This document shows, piece by piece, positions 12,613 through 24,422 of a stretch of DNA of 64,000 bases. A model generated the notes under the pieces. The model searched no databases. It was not told the origin of the DNA and was given only the letters and a program-made list of their open reading frames with translations. Source of the stretch: Isurus oxyrinchus (lineage: Eukaryota); the NCBI GenBank assembly GCA_026770705.1, contig JANJGN010000024.1, forward strand, positions 31,310,001 through 31,374,000, in the 5' to 3' direction. The translations under genes were made by a program, and so were the position numbers. Numbering within the stretch: the stretch's first letter is position 1; every line of letters starts with the position of its first letter.

Positions 12613-12699
12613 TGATTTAGTTATGGTTTTATAGATAAGTTATCCTATTATATTTCAAGAAACTGTCATTTGTGAGACATAGGTGACGTGAGACAGACT

Positions 12700-14069
12700 G
12701 CCCCTGACATCAGGACAGAACTTGACTGATTATGGCAATGCCATATAAAATTGAAGTCAATGGGACTTAGAGGAAAAACTCTCCATGAGGACTCACATGT
12801 AGCACAGGGGAAAGACGGTGGTGTTTATTGGAGGTCAACCTTCTCAACCTCAGCACACTGCTGCCAGAGTTTCTCAGAGTAGTGTCCATGGCCCAACCAT
12901 CTTCAGCTGCTTCATCGAAGATCTTCCCTCCATCATAAGGTCAGAAGTGGGGATGTTTGCTGATGATTGCACAATGTTCAGGCCCATTCACAACTTCTCA
13001 GATAATGAAGCAGTCCTTGCTTGTATGCAGCAAGACCTGGACAAAATTCAGGCTTGGGCTGATCAAGTGGCAAGTAATACTCACACCACACAAGTGCCAG
13101 ACAAAGACCATCTCCAACAAGAGAGAATTTAACCATCGCCCCTTGACGTTCAATGGCATTACAAACACCGAATCCCACTACTAACATCCTGGGGGTTACC
13201 ATTGACCAGAAACTGAACTGAACTAGCCATATACATACTGTGGCTACAAGAGCAGGTCAGAGGCTAGCAATCCTGTGGAAGTAACTCACCTCCAGACTCC
13301 CCAAAGCCTGTCCACCATCTACATGGCACATGTGTACAGCTTTGATTCCTTAGCAAAGGGAGGATAAACTTTCCATAGAGGGAATGCAACAGATGTTCAC
13401 CAGACTAATCCCTGAGATGGCGAGATTGTTTTATGAAGAGAGATTGAGGAAACTGGGCCTGCATTCTCTAGAGTTTCAAGAAATGAGAGATGATCTCATT
13501 GAAACTTACAATATTTTACAGGGCATGACAGTGTAGATGTGGATAGGATGTGTGATGGAATACTTCCCACTCGCCTGGATGAGTGCAGCTCCCACAACAC
13601 CCAAGAAGCTTGACACTGTCCAGGACAAAGCAGCCCACTTGATTGGCACCATATCCACAAACATTCACTCCCTCCACCACTAATGCACAGTGGCTGCTGT
13701 GTGTACCATTTACAAGATACACTGCTGGAATTCACCAAGACTCTTTAGACAGCGCCTTCCAAGCGCATGACCACTAACATCTAGAAGGACAAGGGGAGCA
13801 GATACATGGGAACACCACTACCTGGAAGTTTCCCCTCCAAGTCACTCACCATCCTGACTTGGAAATGTATTGCCGTCCCTCCATTGTCGGTGGGTCAAGA
13901 TCCTGGAACTCCCTTCCTAAAAGCACTGTGGGTGTACCTGCCCCACAGGGACTGCGGTGGTTCAAAAAGGCAGCTCACCATCATGTTCTCAATGGCAACT
14001 AGGTATGGGCAATAAATGCTGACTCAGCCAGCGAAGCCCACAGCCTATGAATGAATATTTTTTAAAAAA
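12700..14069 (+). mobile_element. CR1-clade LINE family B (RT domain to 3' tail), interrupted at 13331-13549
   Basis: GPTIFSCFIEDLPSIIRSEVGMFADDCTMF (FADD RT motif); tail gggcaataaatgctg...atgaatgaata. Confidence 0.85.
13331..13549 (+). repeat. Near-identical copy of 11945-12164 inserted into a different LINE
   Basis: About 220 bp with about 5 differences by eye. Confidence 0.9.
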
Positions 14070-14351
14070 TCATACTGTGGGCGATACTGTTCTCCAGTCC
14101 CACATTAACCCTTACTCTGCTGAATACCCTTATCCTAAACCTCCTCCCAAGCCCTTATCCAAATACATTTACAATACAATCTTTACTTTACTTGCTACCC
14201 CTTCTCCCCCACTCAAGCCTCTAACTCATAAATTCAGATGGTCTGGAGGCCTGAAAATCTTTTCAGACCTCATTCTGTCATGTTTGGAGAAATGGTAGTC
14301 TCAGTTGCTTTGGGTTGACTTTGTCGCTTTGGCACTGAAATTGTAGTGCTC

Positions 14352-15453
14352 TGATTGGCTGGCTGGCAGAAAACAAAGAGTATGCATGAATGGGTCTTTT
14401 TCGGATTGGCAAGATGTGACGAGTGGAGTCCCACAGGGGTCTGTACTGGGGCCTCAAGTTTTACGATTTACATCAATGTCTTAGATGAGGGGAGCAAAGA
14501 CATGGTAGCTAAATTTGCAGATGGCACAAAGATAGGTAGGAAAGTATGTTGTAAGGAGGACATGAGAAGGTTGCAGATGGGTAGAGATAGGTTAAGTGAG
14601 TGGGCAAAGATCTGGAAAACAGAGTTTAATGTGGGAAAATGTGAATTTGTTCACTTTGGCAGGAAAAGTAAAAAAGCAGATTATTACTTAAATGGAGAAT
14701 GGCTGCGTAATTCTGAGGTGCAGAGGGATTTAGGTGTTCTAGTTCAAGTCACAAAAAGTTAGTATGCAGGTATAGCAAGTAATTAAGACGTCTAATGGAA
14801 TACTACCCTTTATTACGAGAGGGATTGAACATAAAAGTAAGGATGTTATGCTTCAGTTATACAGGGCATTGGTAAGACCGTACCTCAAATACTGTGTGCA
14901 GTTTTGGTCTCCTTATTTAACGAAGGATGTAAATGCATTGGAGGTGGTTTACTAGATTGATACCTGGAATGAGTGGGTTGTCTAATGAGGAAAGGTTGGA
15001 CAGACGGGCCTTGTTTCCACTGGAGTTTAGAAGAGTGAGGAGTGATTTGATTGAAGTATACAAGATCCTGAATGTCATTGACAAGATGGACATCGAAAGG
15101 ATATTTCCTCTTGTGGGTGAGTCCAGAACTAGGGGGACACTGTTTTAAAATTAGTGGTTGCCTTTTTAGGACAGAGATTAGGCGAATTTTTTTCTCTTAG
15201 AGGGTTGTGCATCTTTGAAGCTCTCTGCCTCAGAAGGTGGTGAGGCGCGGTCATTGAATATTTTTAAGGCAGAGGTAGACAGATTCTTGTTAAGCAAGGG
15301 AATCAAGGGTTATCAGGGGTAGATGGGAATGTGGAAATCGGAACACAAGAAGATCAACCATGATCTTATTGAATGGTGGAGCAGGCTCAAGGGGCCGAAT
15401 GGTGGATCAGGCTCAAGGGGCCGAATGGTCTACTCCTGTTCCTATTTCTTATG
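14352..15453 (+). mobile_element. HER1-like CR1 LINE inserted in the LTR element
   Basis: FTIYINVLDEG...KFADGTKIG...FNVGKCEFVHFG...QRDLGVLV; tail ggggccgaatggtctactcctgttcctatttcttatgt with a 26-bp tandem duplication at 15371-15422. Confidence 0.9.
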
Positions 15454-17128
15454 TACTGGTACTTGGTTGTCTACATTTGATTCATTTATTGTGCTCCTTT
15501 GAGTTTCATTACTCTTTATCAGTAACCCATTTGCTTTGCTTGCACGTTGTGCTTTTGTTCCCTTCCTTCTGAATGGAATGTGCAATCCATTCATTCATAG
15601 GGTGGACTTGGATTTTCTTTGCCCTGGGGTTCTTCCTGGAAGCCGATGATTCAAAACTGGAACCTTCATTTCCACTTGTTTCACAATTTCAGCCATTTCA
15701 TTTTTTTACAACTCAATGGCTCTCAATACATTTGAGGCATCCAGTGCTTTTCCTTCTAGTTTCTTCAGCATCAGAGTTACACTTTCCAATCTTATTTCTG
15801 TCTTTTCTTTCTCTCTCTGCAGCAGAGCTTTGTCCTTGTTCTTCATTTTGGTTTCACTGTTAGCCAGGTCTGTCTCTGGTGAAGTCTTAACTTGTTTCAG
15901 TACTGTTATTTGTGCAACTCATGTCTTCATTATCCACTTGGAGTTGGAAAGTTCAACAGCTTTTCCTTTCAATCCCTCCTTCATTCAGCTGGTTCTTCAG
16001 CTCTGCAGTTTCTTTCTTGTACCGCTTGACTTCTTCCTGGAATATTGAACATTGCTGAGTCTTCTCTGCCTACTGGTTCTTCAGTTCATTCAGAGTCACA
16101 TTAAATTCATTTTGCTTGTCTTCATAATTTTCCAGAAGAGCCAACTTTGACTGGAAGGATCCTTGTAGCATATGAAGGTCTTTCAACATGTTGTCCCTTT
16201 CTTTGTGAAGCTCAATTGCTTCACTTTGAGGTTTCTTATAGTTCAACAGACTCTCTTTGAGTTTCTTCTGCTGTTCTTCCATTCTGCTATTCAAGACAGT
16301 CTTCATTTCTATATGCTGCTGAAGGGTTATGTACTCCTTTTGCATTTGATCTTGAAGGACAATCATCTGTTCTTTCAACTATTTTTTTGTTCACCTCTTG
16401 CCAACTCATGCTGTGCTTCAGTGTATTGCTTTGAAGGTACTGATAGCTCCAATACTGTTTTTGCTGAAGTAAAATTCAATATCTTTTTTATCTCCTCAAT
16501 ATCTTTTTTAGCTACGTATTCATTCTTCAAAGAGTCTTTCACGGCAGTGACTCCTTTGAGTACCTTTTAGCCTGCTTTCTTCTGCACTGAGCTCTTCAGC
16601 TCGTGCACTTCATTGCATTGACAAAGCCTGCGACTATCTTGTGATTTGCTTGAGTAATGTCTCACTTGGCCTAGGGTCTCTTGTCTCCCAAGGCTAAGGG
16701 TCTTCAGTTTTAGTTGCTCTTGGGTCTCCTATATTCCTCGCTCTGATGTCTTCTGTCTCCAAAGTTGCTTTATTGGGGTGTTCCAGATATTCTTTTAAAG
16801 TCTGCATTCTCCACAACTTGGAGATTAACATATTTGTCAAAGGCTTTTAACATCTCACCAGGTGTGGTTAGGAATTCATCTATTCCTTGTGTTAGGACTA
16901 CTTCATCAGCAAAAACACCAAATAAGGATAAAAGTATATTATCTTATATTTCTTTAGATTCCCACTTAATCCTGATATACTGTTGTACTCTAAAAAAATT
17001 TCTTCTCCAAGACTCCCAGTCTTGGGTTTGGTTTGGCCGTTGCCTTAGTCGAAACTGGTCTGCTAGTTGTAATTTTCTATCCATGACTGTTTTTAATATT
17101 CTTTTGTAGTTGCTGCTTTAAATGCCAT
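15454..17128 (-). pseudogene. Decayed gag-like N-terminus plus long coiled-coil reading frame
   Basis: QDWESWRRNF...ILLSLFG...EMLKAFDKY (Gypsy gag-like), then E/K/Q/L-rich segments such as MKEQMIVLQDQMQKEYITLQQHIE...LNELKNQ and LLQREKEKTEIRLESVTLMLKKLE; many stops and frameshifts. Confidence 0.6.
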
Positions 17129-18326
17129 TGCCCTTTTAAGAATGTCTGTGCAGGAACCATTTTTTCTCTTCATTATGGTTCCACAGTTGCCATTTTTTCC
17201 TCCTGTGATCTTTTCACGCTTCGTCAGGTTCAGCGGGCTCCTGTTTCAATTGCAGGCCTTTTTTCAACTCCGCATAGCACAAAAGAAACTTTTAAAACTG
17301 ACTGTGTTTGCCAGCAATTCGTGCCTCTGACCTTTGAACATTGGTTTCAAAACGATTCTCTCTTCTTTTTTGTCTGCCTGCCATTTAACTAAACTTTTTT
17401 CTTTCAGGTTATTTCAGCCATGCCGTGTTACAGTGTCAGCTGGGACCCACGCTACAGCTTCCTTCTAGCTGCATTCTGGGTGTGCGGATCCTGATGGCTG
17501 CCTATTTTAAAAGGTAAGTTCAACTTTTTTAGTGTATTTTGCTCACCTTTCTTGAGATTTGGCTAGGTCTATTGATTTTGCTTTCACTTGAGTCTGGCTT
17601 TCCATCTACACAGTGGATTATTCTTTTTCAGCCTTTTTTCTTTGCTTTTTTTTAGAATTTTGCTCACCTTTGTCTAGGTCCTTTGACTGCCTCTATATCT
17701 GATCAGGTCTGGCTTTTCACCCTCACATTGGATTATTCTTTTGTTGCCTTTCAGCTGTGTATTTTTGCTTTCTTGAGTTTTGCTCAGCCTTCTTTGAACA
17801 AGCTAGATTCTTTGACTCTGTGTTCGATCAGGTCTGGCGATGGACCTCCGCATGCCCTGATGGAGCCCTTCAGTCTCCACGTCTATAATGGACCTTTTTA
17901 TTTATGCACTTTTCAACTGTATCTTCAATTTCTTTTTAGGCATTCTCCAGCTGAGTCTTCAATTTAGGTGCACTTCTCTCAAGTCAGGCTTCAGTTTCTT
18001 TAATTCTTCATGCTTTGAGATTCTGGCTTCCTTCGCCAGCTTATCTGGGATTTCGGGGTTCATCCTTCATTGCCACCATGTTGGAAAGTTTTTTGGTGTT
18101 TCATGGAGAGGCCTGGAGGCTGTATGGTTGAACATAAAATGTTTATTGGTAACCCATAACTGTGTACAAGTCCATGGCACTGCCATGCATGGGTGCTGCC
18201 CCCAGGCTGGAACCTCACAGACTCCACTCCACAAACAGTCTACTATCATGTGACTGTCTACTGTGGGCAGTACTGTTTTCCAGTCCCGCATTAATCCTTA
18301 CTCTGCTGAACCCTCTGTATCCTACA

Positions 18327-18713
18327 GACACCATCCAGGATAAAGCAGCCCACTTGATGAGCACTCCATCCACCACCTCCAACATTGATTCCCTCCACCA
18401 CCAGTGCACAGATGCAGCAGTGTGGACCAGTTACAAGGTGCACTGCAGCATATTGCCAAGGCTCCTTTAATACCAACTGGAAATTCCCCTCCAAGTCATA
18501 CATCACTCTGACTTGGAACAATATCACTGGACTTCACAATCAAGGGTCAAAATCCTGGAACTCCTCTCCTAACAGCACTATAGGTGTGCCTATACTGGAA
18601 GGTTGGAATGGTTCAAGAAAGCAGCTCAACACCACCTTCTTAAGGGCAATTTGGCGTGGGCAATAGGTGTTGGCCTTGCCAGCAACCCTCACATTCCATC
18701 AAAGAATAAAAAC
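18327..18713 (+). mobile_element. CR1-clade family B 3' fragment
   Basis: gacaccatccaggataaagcagcccacttgat ... same tail as 13600-14069. Confidence 0.85.
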
Positions 18714-20439
18714 AATACACATACACAGAAATGTTCAACAGTATGCTAGATGGATTAAGGGAGTAGCTTAAAAAGTCTGTGTTGCTAGCTTCAATTATTC
18801 CCAAAGTTTTCAGGTAATATGTTGTTTTGTTTATTCAAATTTTCTGCCCATATCTCCTGAAGCATGGATTTTACTTTGATTACAGTTTTATAAACAGTCA
18901 TCTGTGCTTAACCCAAGCAGTTATATGTGAACCTTGATAGAGCATCAAAAGACCATTGAACAATGGGAAGCTGAACTTGATCCCGTTCACATCCGACATT
19001 CACACTTATTTTTTCCAGCAAGAGCCACTGGATAACAATCTGGATTGGCAGCTCCAGCTGGTCTTCCTTTCCTCTAGGCCAGAGGCACCAAGGCCAATCA
19101 CACCATAGTTCTGATCAACTAACTCTCAGACAGACTGGAAATTGAACACTTGCAAAAGATTGCAATTGATTTGGAGTCATCATGAACCTCGAGCAGAGTT
19201 GGTGCACAGGCAATCGGCACCCAACACCCTGCTTGCACATGTCTCTCTGCATTCTGTGCATTTAGTAAGGAGTAGGCCTCAGGATGCTTCACCTGATCAT
19301 GTCATACCCCAGTGCCCCCCAAGGTGCTGCAACTGTTTTGCTTCGGGTAGTGTGGGCTACAATATTTGAACCCATTTTCCTTTACCTAACAGCTTGTGGG
19401 GATTAAATTGGGCCACATAATGCCCATTTACAGGCACTAGATGGCCTCCAAAGGCTGCACAAAATGGCTGGCAGGAACCATGCATATACTTTTCACCTGA
19501 AGTGCAGTGTCTGCCATTAGGGCAAGTAACAGGCATCCTTTATCGATGCCTGAAGCAGGCATTAGGCCATTTTTAAATGCAAATTCTAGGTCCAGTGTCT
19601 GCCCCAAGTCCCTGCCGCAGCTTTGATTTGCCCTGGCACAGCTCGCAGCAGCATACAGCTGCCTCCTCCAGCAGCGCTGTTTTCATTATGATGAGGTTCA
19701 AGGCCCAATATCTGGGGCTTTTTGAACTTTACCATTTGTGGGTGAGATGCTACCAAAAGTGGACTCCGCTGAATTTTACTCCTCATCTGTCCCTAATTCT
19801 GCAAATTTAAGCAGAATAATTTTAAGTTTGACAAACATTTCCTTAAACACCACAGAAGCCTTGACAGGTTTTGGAAATAAAATATGCAATCATCAAAAAA
19901 ATCACTTAAGCGCCTCAAGCAATGCAACAAAGAAATATCTTGATCAATATAAACAAGATTGAAAGCATTTGACAAATTCTCCATCACATGAAAATCTAAG
20001 AAAAAGCAGAAAATCCTCAAATGCCGTTTTTAATAAAGATGTAATGGGGCCTTTGAAATAGCAAGTTGCCTACCTGACTGGTTCAGGAAGAGTAAAAGCT
20101 TTTTGATATTCTTGAAAGAGAAATTGTGAAACACACCTTTCGAGTCTAGCTAGGCTGTGGATTTTCACCACTCTACTGTAAACAAGTTCCTGATAAGATT
20201 TCCCTTAGTTCTCAGAGTAACAGTGTCTAGCTGGGCAGCTTTGCTTTGCCAGGAATGGCACTTAAGCGGAACTCTTGAAATGGCAACATTCCCGATCAAT
20301 AAGAAAATCAGAACTTTAGCCAGCAAACATGTAATCCCTGCCTGTAAATCAAAAGGAAAAACCCCAAGAGGATAATGAAAGGCATTTGAGATGAAGGATG
20401 CCGCTTATGTGTCACTGTGGATTGCAAAAGGCATTCATT

Positions 20440-21310
20440 TTACATTGGAGCATAGGGCCATTCAGCCCCTCATACCAATTCTACTATTCGGTTGGTTCTC
20501 AGCTGATTTGTACCTATAACCCATTTACCTGACTTTGATCCACAGCCCTTGATACCCTTCCTTAATAAAAAAAGATACTGACTTCAGCCTTGAAATCTCC
20601 AATTATCCTAACGTCCACAGCCTTTTGGAGAAAAGGTGCCCAGGTATATGCAATTGAAGTTGGTGGCACAGTGATAATATGACTGGGCTAGTAATTCAAC
20701 AGCCCAGGTTAATCCCCTGGGGGTATGGTAGCTGGTGGAATCTAAATTCAATTACTAAAATCTGGAATTGAGTTAGTAACAGTATTGTTGACCATCATAG
20801 CTATCTTCATTTGTTGTAAAAACCCATCTGGTTTGCTAATGCTCTACAGGGAATGAAATTAGGCCCTTGTTATCAGGTCTACATGTGGCTCCAGATCCAC
20901 AACAAGGCAGTTGGCTCTTAGCTGCCCTCTGAAATGTCCTAGCAAACCACTCAGTTCAAGGGCACCAAGTGCTGTCCTTGCCAGTGATGCCCCCATCCCA
21001 ATAAAGCATAAATTTAAAAAATTTGAAGGAGTGTTCAATCCTGAATAGTTTGGCTCCAATTTTAAGAGATAGCCCCTTGCTCTGTATTCCTCCACCATAG
21101 AAGATAGAATTCTCTTTATCTATTCGATCAAATCACTTTATTACTTTAAATAACTTGATCCGATTACCCCTCAATCTTTCATATTCAGGGGAATGCAGAC
21201 CAAGTAACCTGCCCTCATAATTCAACACTTTACACACCAGTACCATTTTGGTGAAACTGTGTTGCAGTGTCTCCAAGGCCAATGCACTTTCCTGAGTTGC
21301 ACTGCCCAAA
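20440..21310 (-). mobile_element. Old HER1-like CR1 3' fragment, interrupted by a SINE
   Basis: ggagcatagggccattcagcccctc tail; body resumes at about 21045. Confidence 0.6.
20659..21020 (+). mobile_element. tRNA-derived SINE with a family-B LINE tail
   Basis: Head ggtggcacagtgataat..gactgggctagtaat; collinear with 22641-23028. Confidence 0.75.
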
Positions 21311-22640
21311 ACTGATTTGATTGCAGCAGCAGTGAACCATTGACTACTAAGGGTTTAAGATTAAGGTTAAGACTTAAGATTCATGTTACTAACCAAGAGT
21401 TCCTGTTGGTGGCACTGAGAAGCCTCGGTGAAGGCCCAAGAGCATAGTTCAGCACCGGAATAAAATAGGAATGGTGTCCACAATCTGAGCACATAATCTG
21501 GGATGAGAGTGTATATCTACAATAAGTATATTCAGATGATTTAAAGGAATGTATTGTGAATACAGTTAGCCAACTGTAAATTGGTAAATCTGTCACCCAT
21601 TGCATTCCATTCCCTCAGCCATTGATGGTTGTTTTCCATTATAACCCGTAAAAGGTGATACGATCTGACATTTTTAAAGGGAAGATTTTGTTAAAATGAC
21701 CTAAAAAATATTGACTGTAGGCCCCTCAGGTTTAATGTTATCAGTCGCTCCTTATTTATGAATATGGCAGCCCAATTTTATCTCTCTGTAAGTGGATGGG
21801 TTTTGGGCAGTAGAGCCGCACTATTCAATACCAACTGATGCACAAACATAACCCAGAAGGAGTAAAAATAACTACATTTTTTTGAACTGAAATGGACAGT
21901 CACATCTTTTGTGCACACCCTCACGGATCGTTCCACTTCTTTTTGGAAAGCATGAGTTTTGTACTTATGTTCTTTATTCACTGACTTTGTTGTGCAGCTC
22001 AATTAACACTATACATCTGGATGCCCCTTTCCCCATTATTTCTGTTGGTTCCCCATTTGGTCCCTCTTCTACTTTCAATGTTTTAATCTTAATGTTACAC
22101 CAGTTCATAATATTGTCCCCTACACAATTTTCTGTGGGCCTAAAATACTATGCTCTGCTGATTCTTTCTCCCTTCCGAATCCCATTCTACTTCAGAAGAA
22201 GTGATGAGGGCAACCCTGTGGACCAGATACCTCCAACACACTGTTAACTCAACAGTCCTTTCTTGAGGCCTTCCCCTGCCTGTAACTACAAAGCTGAAAA
22301 AATAAATATTTTAATTAAGAGCTTCCATCTCACTGGGAAAAATTCAGGGCAATCCATATCCAACAACCTGCCCTGGAAACTCTGCTCACATTTTGACAGC
22401 TGTGACAAATTCCACCACAGCAGTTGAGACAATCCACAACATTCTTGAACAATCAACATATATATCAGTTCACCCTATTTCCCATTGTAAATGAATACTT
22501 TAAAAAAAAATTCCAGGATCTGGATCTGAACCAGCACCTTCACCAAAAATATATTAGTTTTTCCTTGGAACGTACCCTATCTGTGTATCAAGTTTCATTG
22601 AAATCCATCCATTAATTTTTGCAATACTTTGCTTACAGAC

Positions 22641-23028
22641 AGGGGAGATGGTGGTGTAGTGATGATGACACTGGACTGGTAATCCAGCAGCCCAGCCTAA
22701 TGTCCTGGGGACAAGGGTTCAAATCCCACTATGGCAGCAGGTGGAATTTAAACTCAATTAATAATCTGGAATTGAAATGTTAGTCTTAGTAATGGCAAAC
22801 GTGAAACCATTGTCTATGGTTGTCAAAACCTGTCTGGTTTATTAATGTATTTTAGGGAAGGAAATCTGCCATCCTTACCTGGTCTGGCCTATATGTGACT
22901 CCAGATCCACAGCAATGTGCTTGACTCTTAACTACCCTCTGAAATGATGTGGCAAGCCATTGAGTTCAAGGGTAATTAGGGATGGGCAATAAATGCTGGC
23001 CTTGCCCACATCCCATGAAAGAATAAAA
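22641..23028 (+). mobile_element. tRNA-derived SINE with a family-B LINE tail (most complete copy)
   Basis: A-box-like tggtgtagtg, B-box ggttcaaatccc, tail aattagggatgggcaataaatgctggccttgcccacatcccatgaaagaataaaa. Confidence 0.8.
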
Positions 23029-24194
23029 TCAGACAAACAGGGACGAAAGCAGAACCTCTGCCCACCTTCAGTCACAGAGGTAAAAATGATCATCCAAAAT
23101 CTATTTTTCCAGTAGCTAAGTTCCAGGGTTCTAAGTATGGTTGGCTCACATCAGACAATACAACCAGGACGACCTTTAATGTAATTTGGGGCATCAAACC
23201 CAGGAACTGTTGTCACATTTGCCATATTATCTGGCACAAGCTAATTCCATCTGGATAAGGAAACTCATCCAGAGCTCAGTAAGGATTAAAGTATCAAAGT
23301 TTTCTTCAGTATTTGACTTTGAGTTGCATCAAGAGACAAAAAAAATGTGTTCAAACTCAGAATTATTGTACGCTTTATCATTGATTACCGCCTGATTTAA
23401 AAAGCTCTCAATTCGGAGCAAATTTCAGTCCACGCACGTCCTGCAGACTTAGTTCTGGTGCTGAAATGGTTAAGTGCCTCTAGTCTGGCCTCGTGCGAGA
23501 ATCTGATAAATGCGCTGCGCAGTAGTTTACAGGGAAAGTCATCTGTGATAAAAACAACAAAAATCCCTGTATGTAAGTAATAGACTTGGCTACAGTTCAC
23601 CAGTGTTGTAGGTTCATCATTTATCAGTGTCACCTGGAAACATGAGCTGAGAATATGGTGTCATCCTTCGCACCATTGGAAGAAAGACTGGCCTGAATGT
23701 TATTGAGATGCTGCTGAAGTATAACTGAACAGGGCAGCGAACTACATTTTCATCCAAGACTCCCATATGGATTGAGGTTATTCATGTGCAACCACCCTCG
23801 ATGCTTTCAATAATTTCCATCATATTCAATGTAGCATCATACCGTGTTTTGGCAGTTTTTAGTGGAAAAGAGTTAGAACCCTGTAGAGGAGCTAGGGTTT
23901 CTGAGAATGGGTTCCTGAGGAAAGATTGCATAACTGCTGATAATTGTAGCTTATTCTCTAAACTGAAATCAGGAATCAAAGGGCGGGCCAATAAATAGCA
24001 TCGGATGGTCTTTCTGCACAGAGAAGTTAAGGAGTTAGTTAAAGGAGTTAATCACAGCCATTAGGTTAGGCACTTCTGATATTGTCTTTTGTCAGGGGAA
24101 GGAGGGTGTGACTGTGAGTGAGGCAGGTATGGGGACCCAGAAGATAACAATGCAAGAGCCTCAGGCCTTGCAATTATCCAACGAGTTTGAAGTT

Positions 24195-24422
24195 CTAGAA
24201 CAAAAACAGAAATACCTGGAAAAACTCAGCAGGTCTGACAGCATCTGCGGAGAGGAACACAGTTAATGTTTCGAATCCGAAGGACTCTGATGATGAGTCA
24301 TTCAGACTCGAAGCATTAACTGTATCCCTCTCCGCAGACCCTGCCAGACTTGTTGAGTTTTTCCAGGTATTTTTGTTTTTGTTCTAGATTTCCAGCATCC
24401 CCAGTATTTTGCTTTTATCTTA
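24195..24422. mobile_element. Palindromic Penelope-like pLTR insertion with a hammerhead relic
   Basis: Inverted arms of about 80 bp; TSD gagtttgaagtt at 24183-24194 and 24423-24434. Confidence 0.85.
24287..24321 (+). ncRNA. Minimal hammerhead ribozyme relic
   Basis: CUGAUGA-U-GAGUC-AUUCA-GACUC-GAAG-CAUU-AACU. Confidence 0.6.

Larger units (their letters stand above)
14073..18326 (-). mobile_element. Atypical LTR element carrying a gag-like plus long coiled-coil pseudo-ORF
   Basis: 5' LTR 18079-18326 (TGTAGG...CCAACA, contains AATAAA); PBS TGGTGGCAATG; truncated 3' LTR 14073-14139 matching 18259-18326; PPT GGGAGGAGG at 14140-14148; terminal peptide MRSEKIFRPPDHLNL*. Confidence 0.8.

Noticed and set aside
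16070-16378. Exon of a host myosin- or golgin-like gene
   Set aside because: Bounded by stops and frameshifts rather than splice sites and lies inside LTR boundaries, so treated as part of the element
22641-22740. tRNA gene
   Set aside because: The A/B-box head continues into a SINE body and a LINE-derived tail; no clean cloverleaf or poly-T terminator
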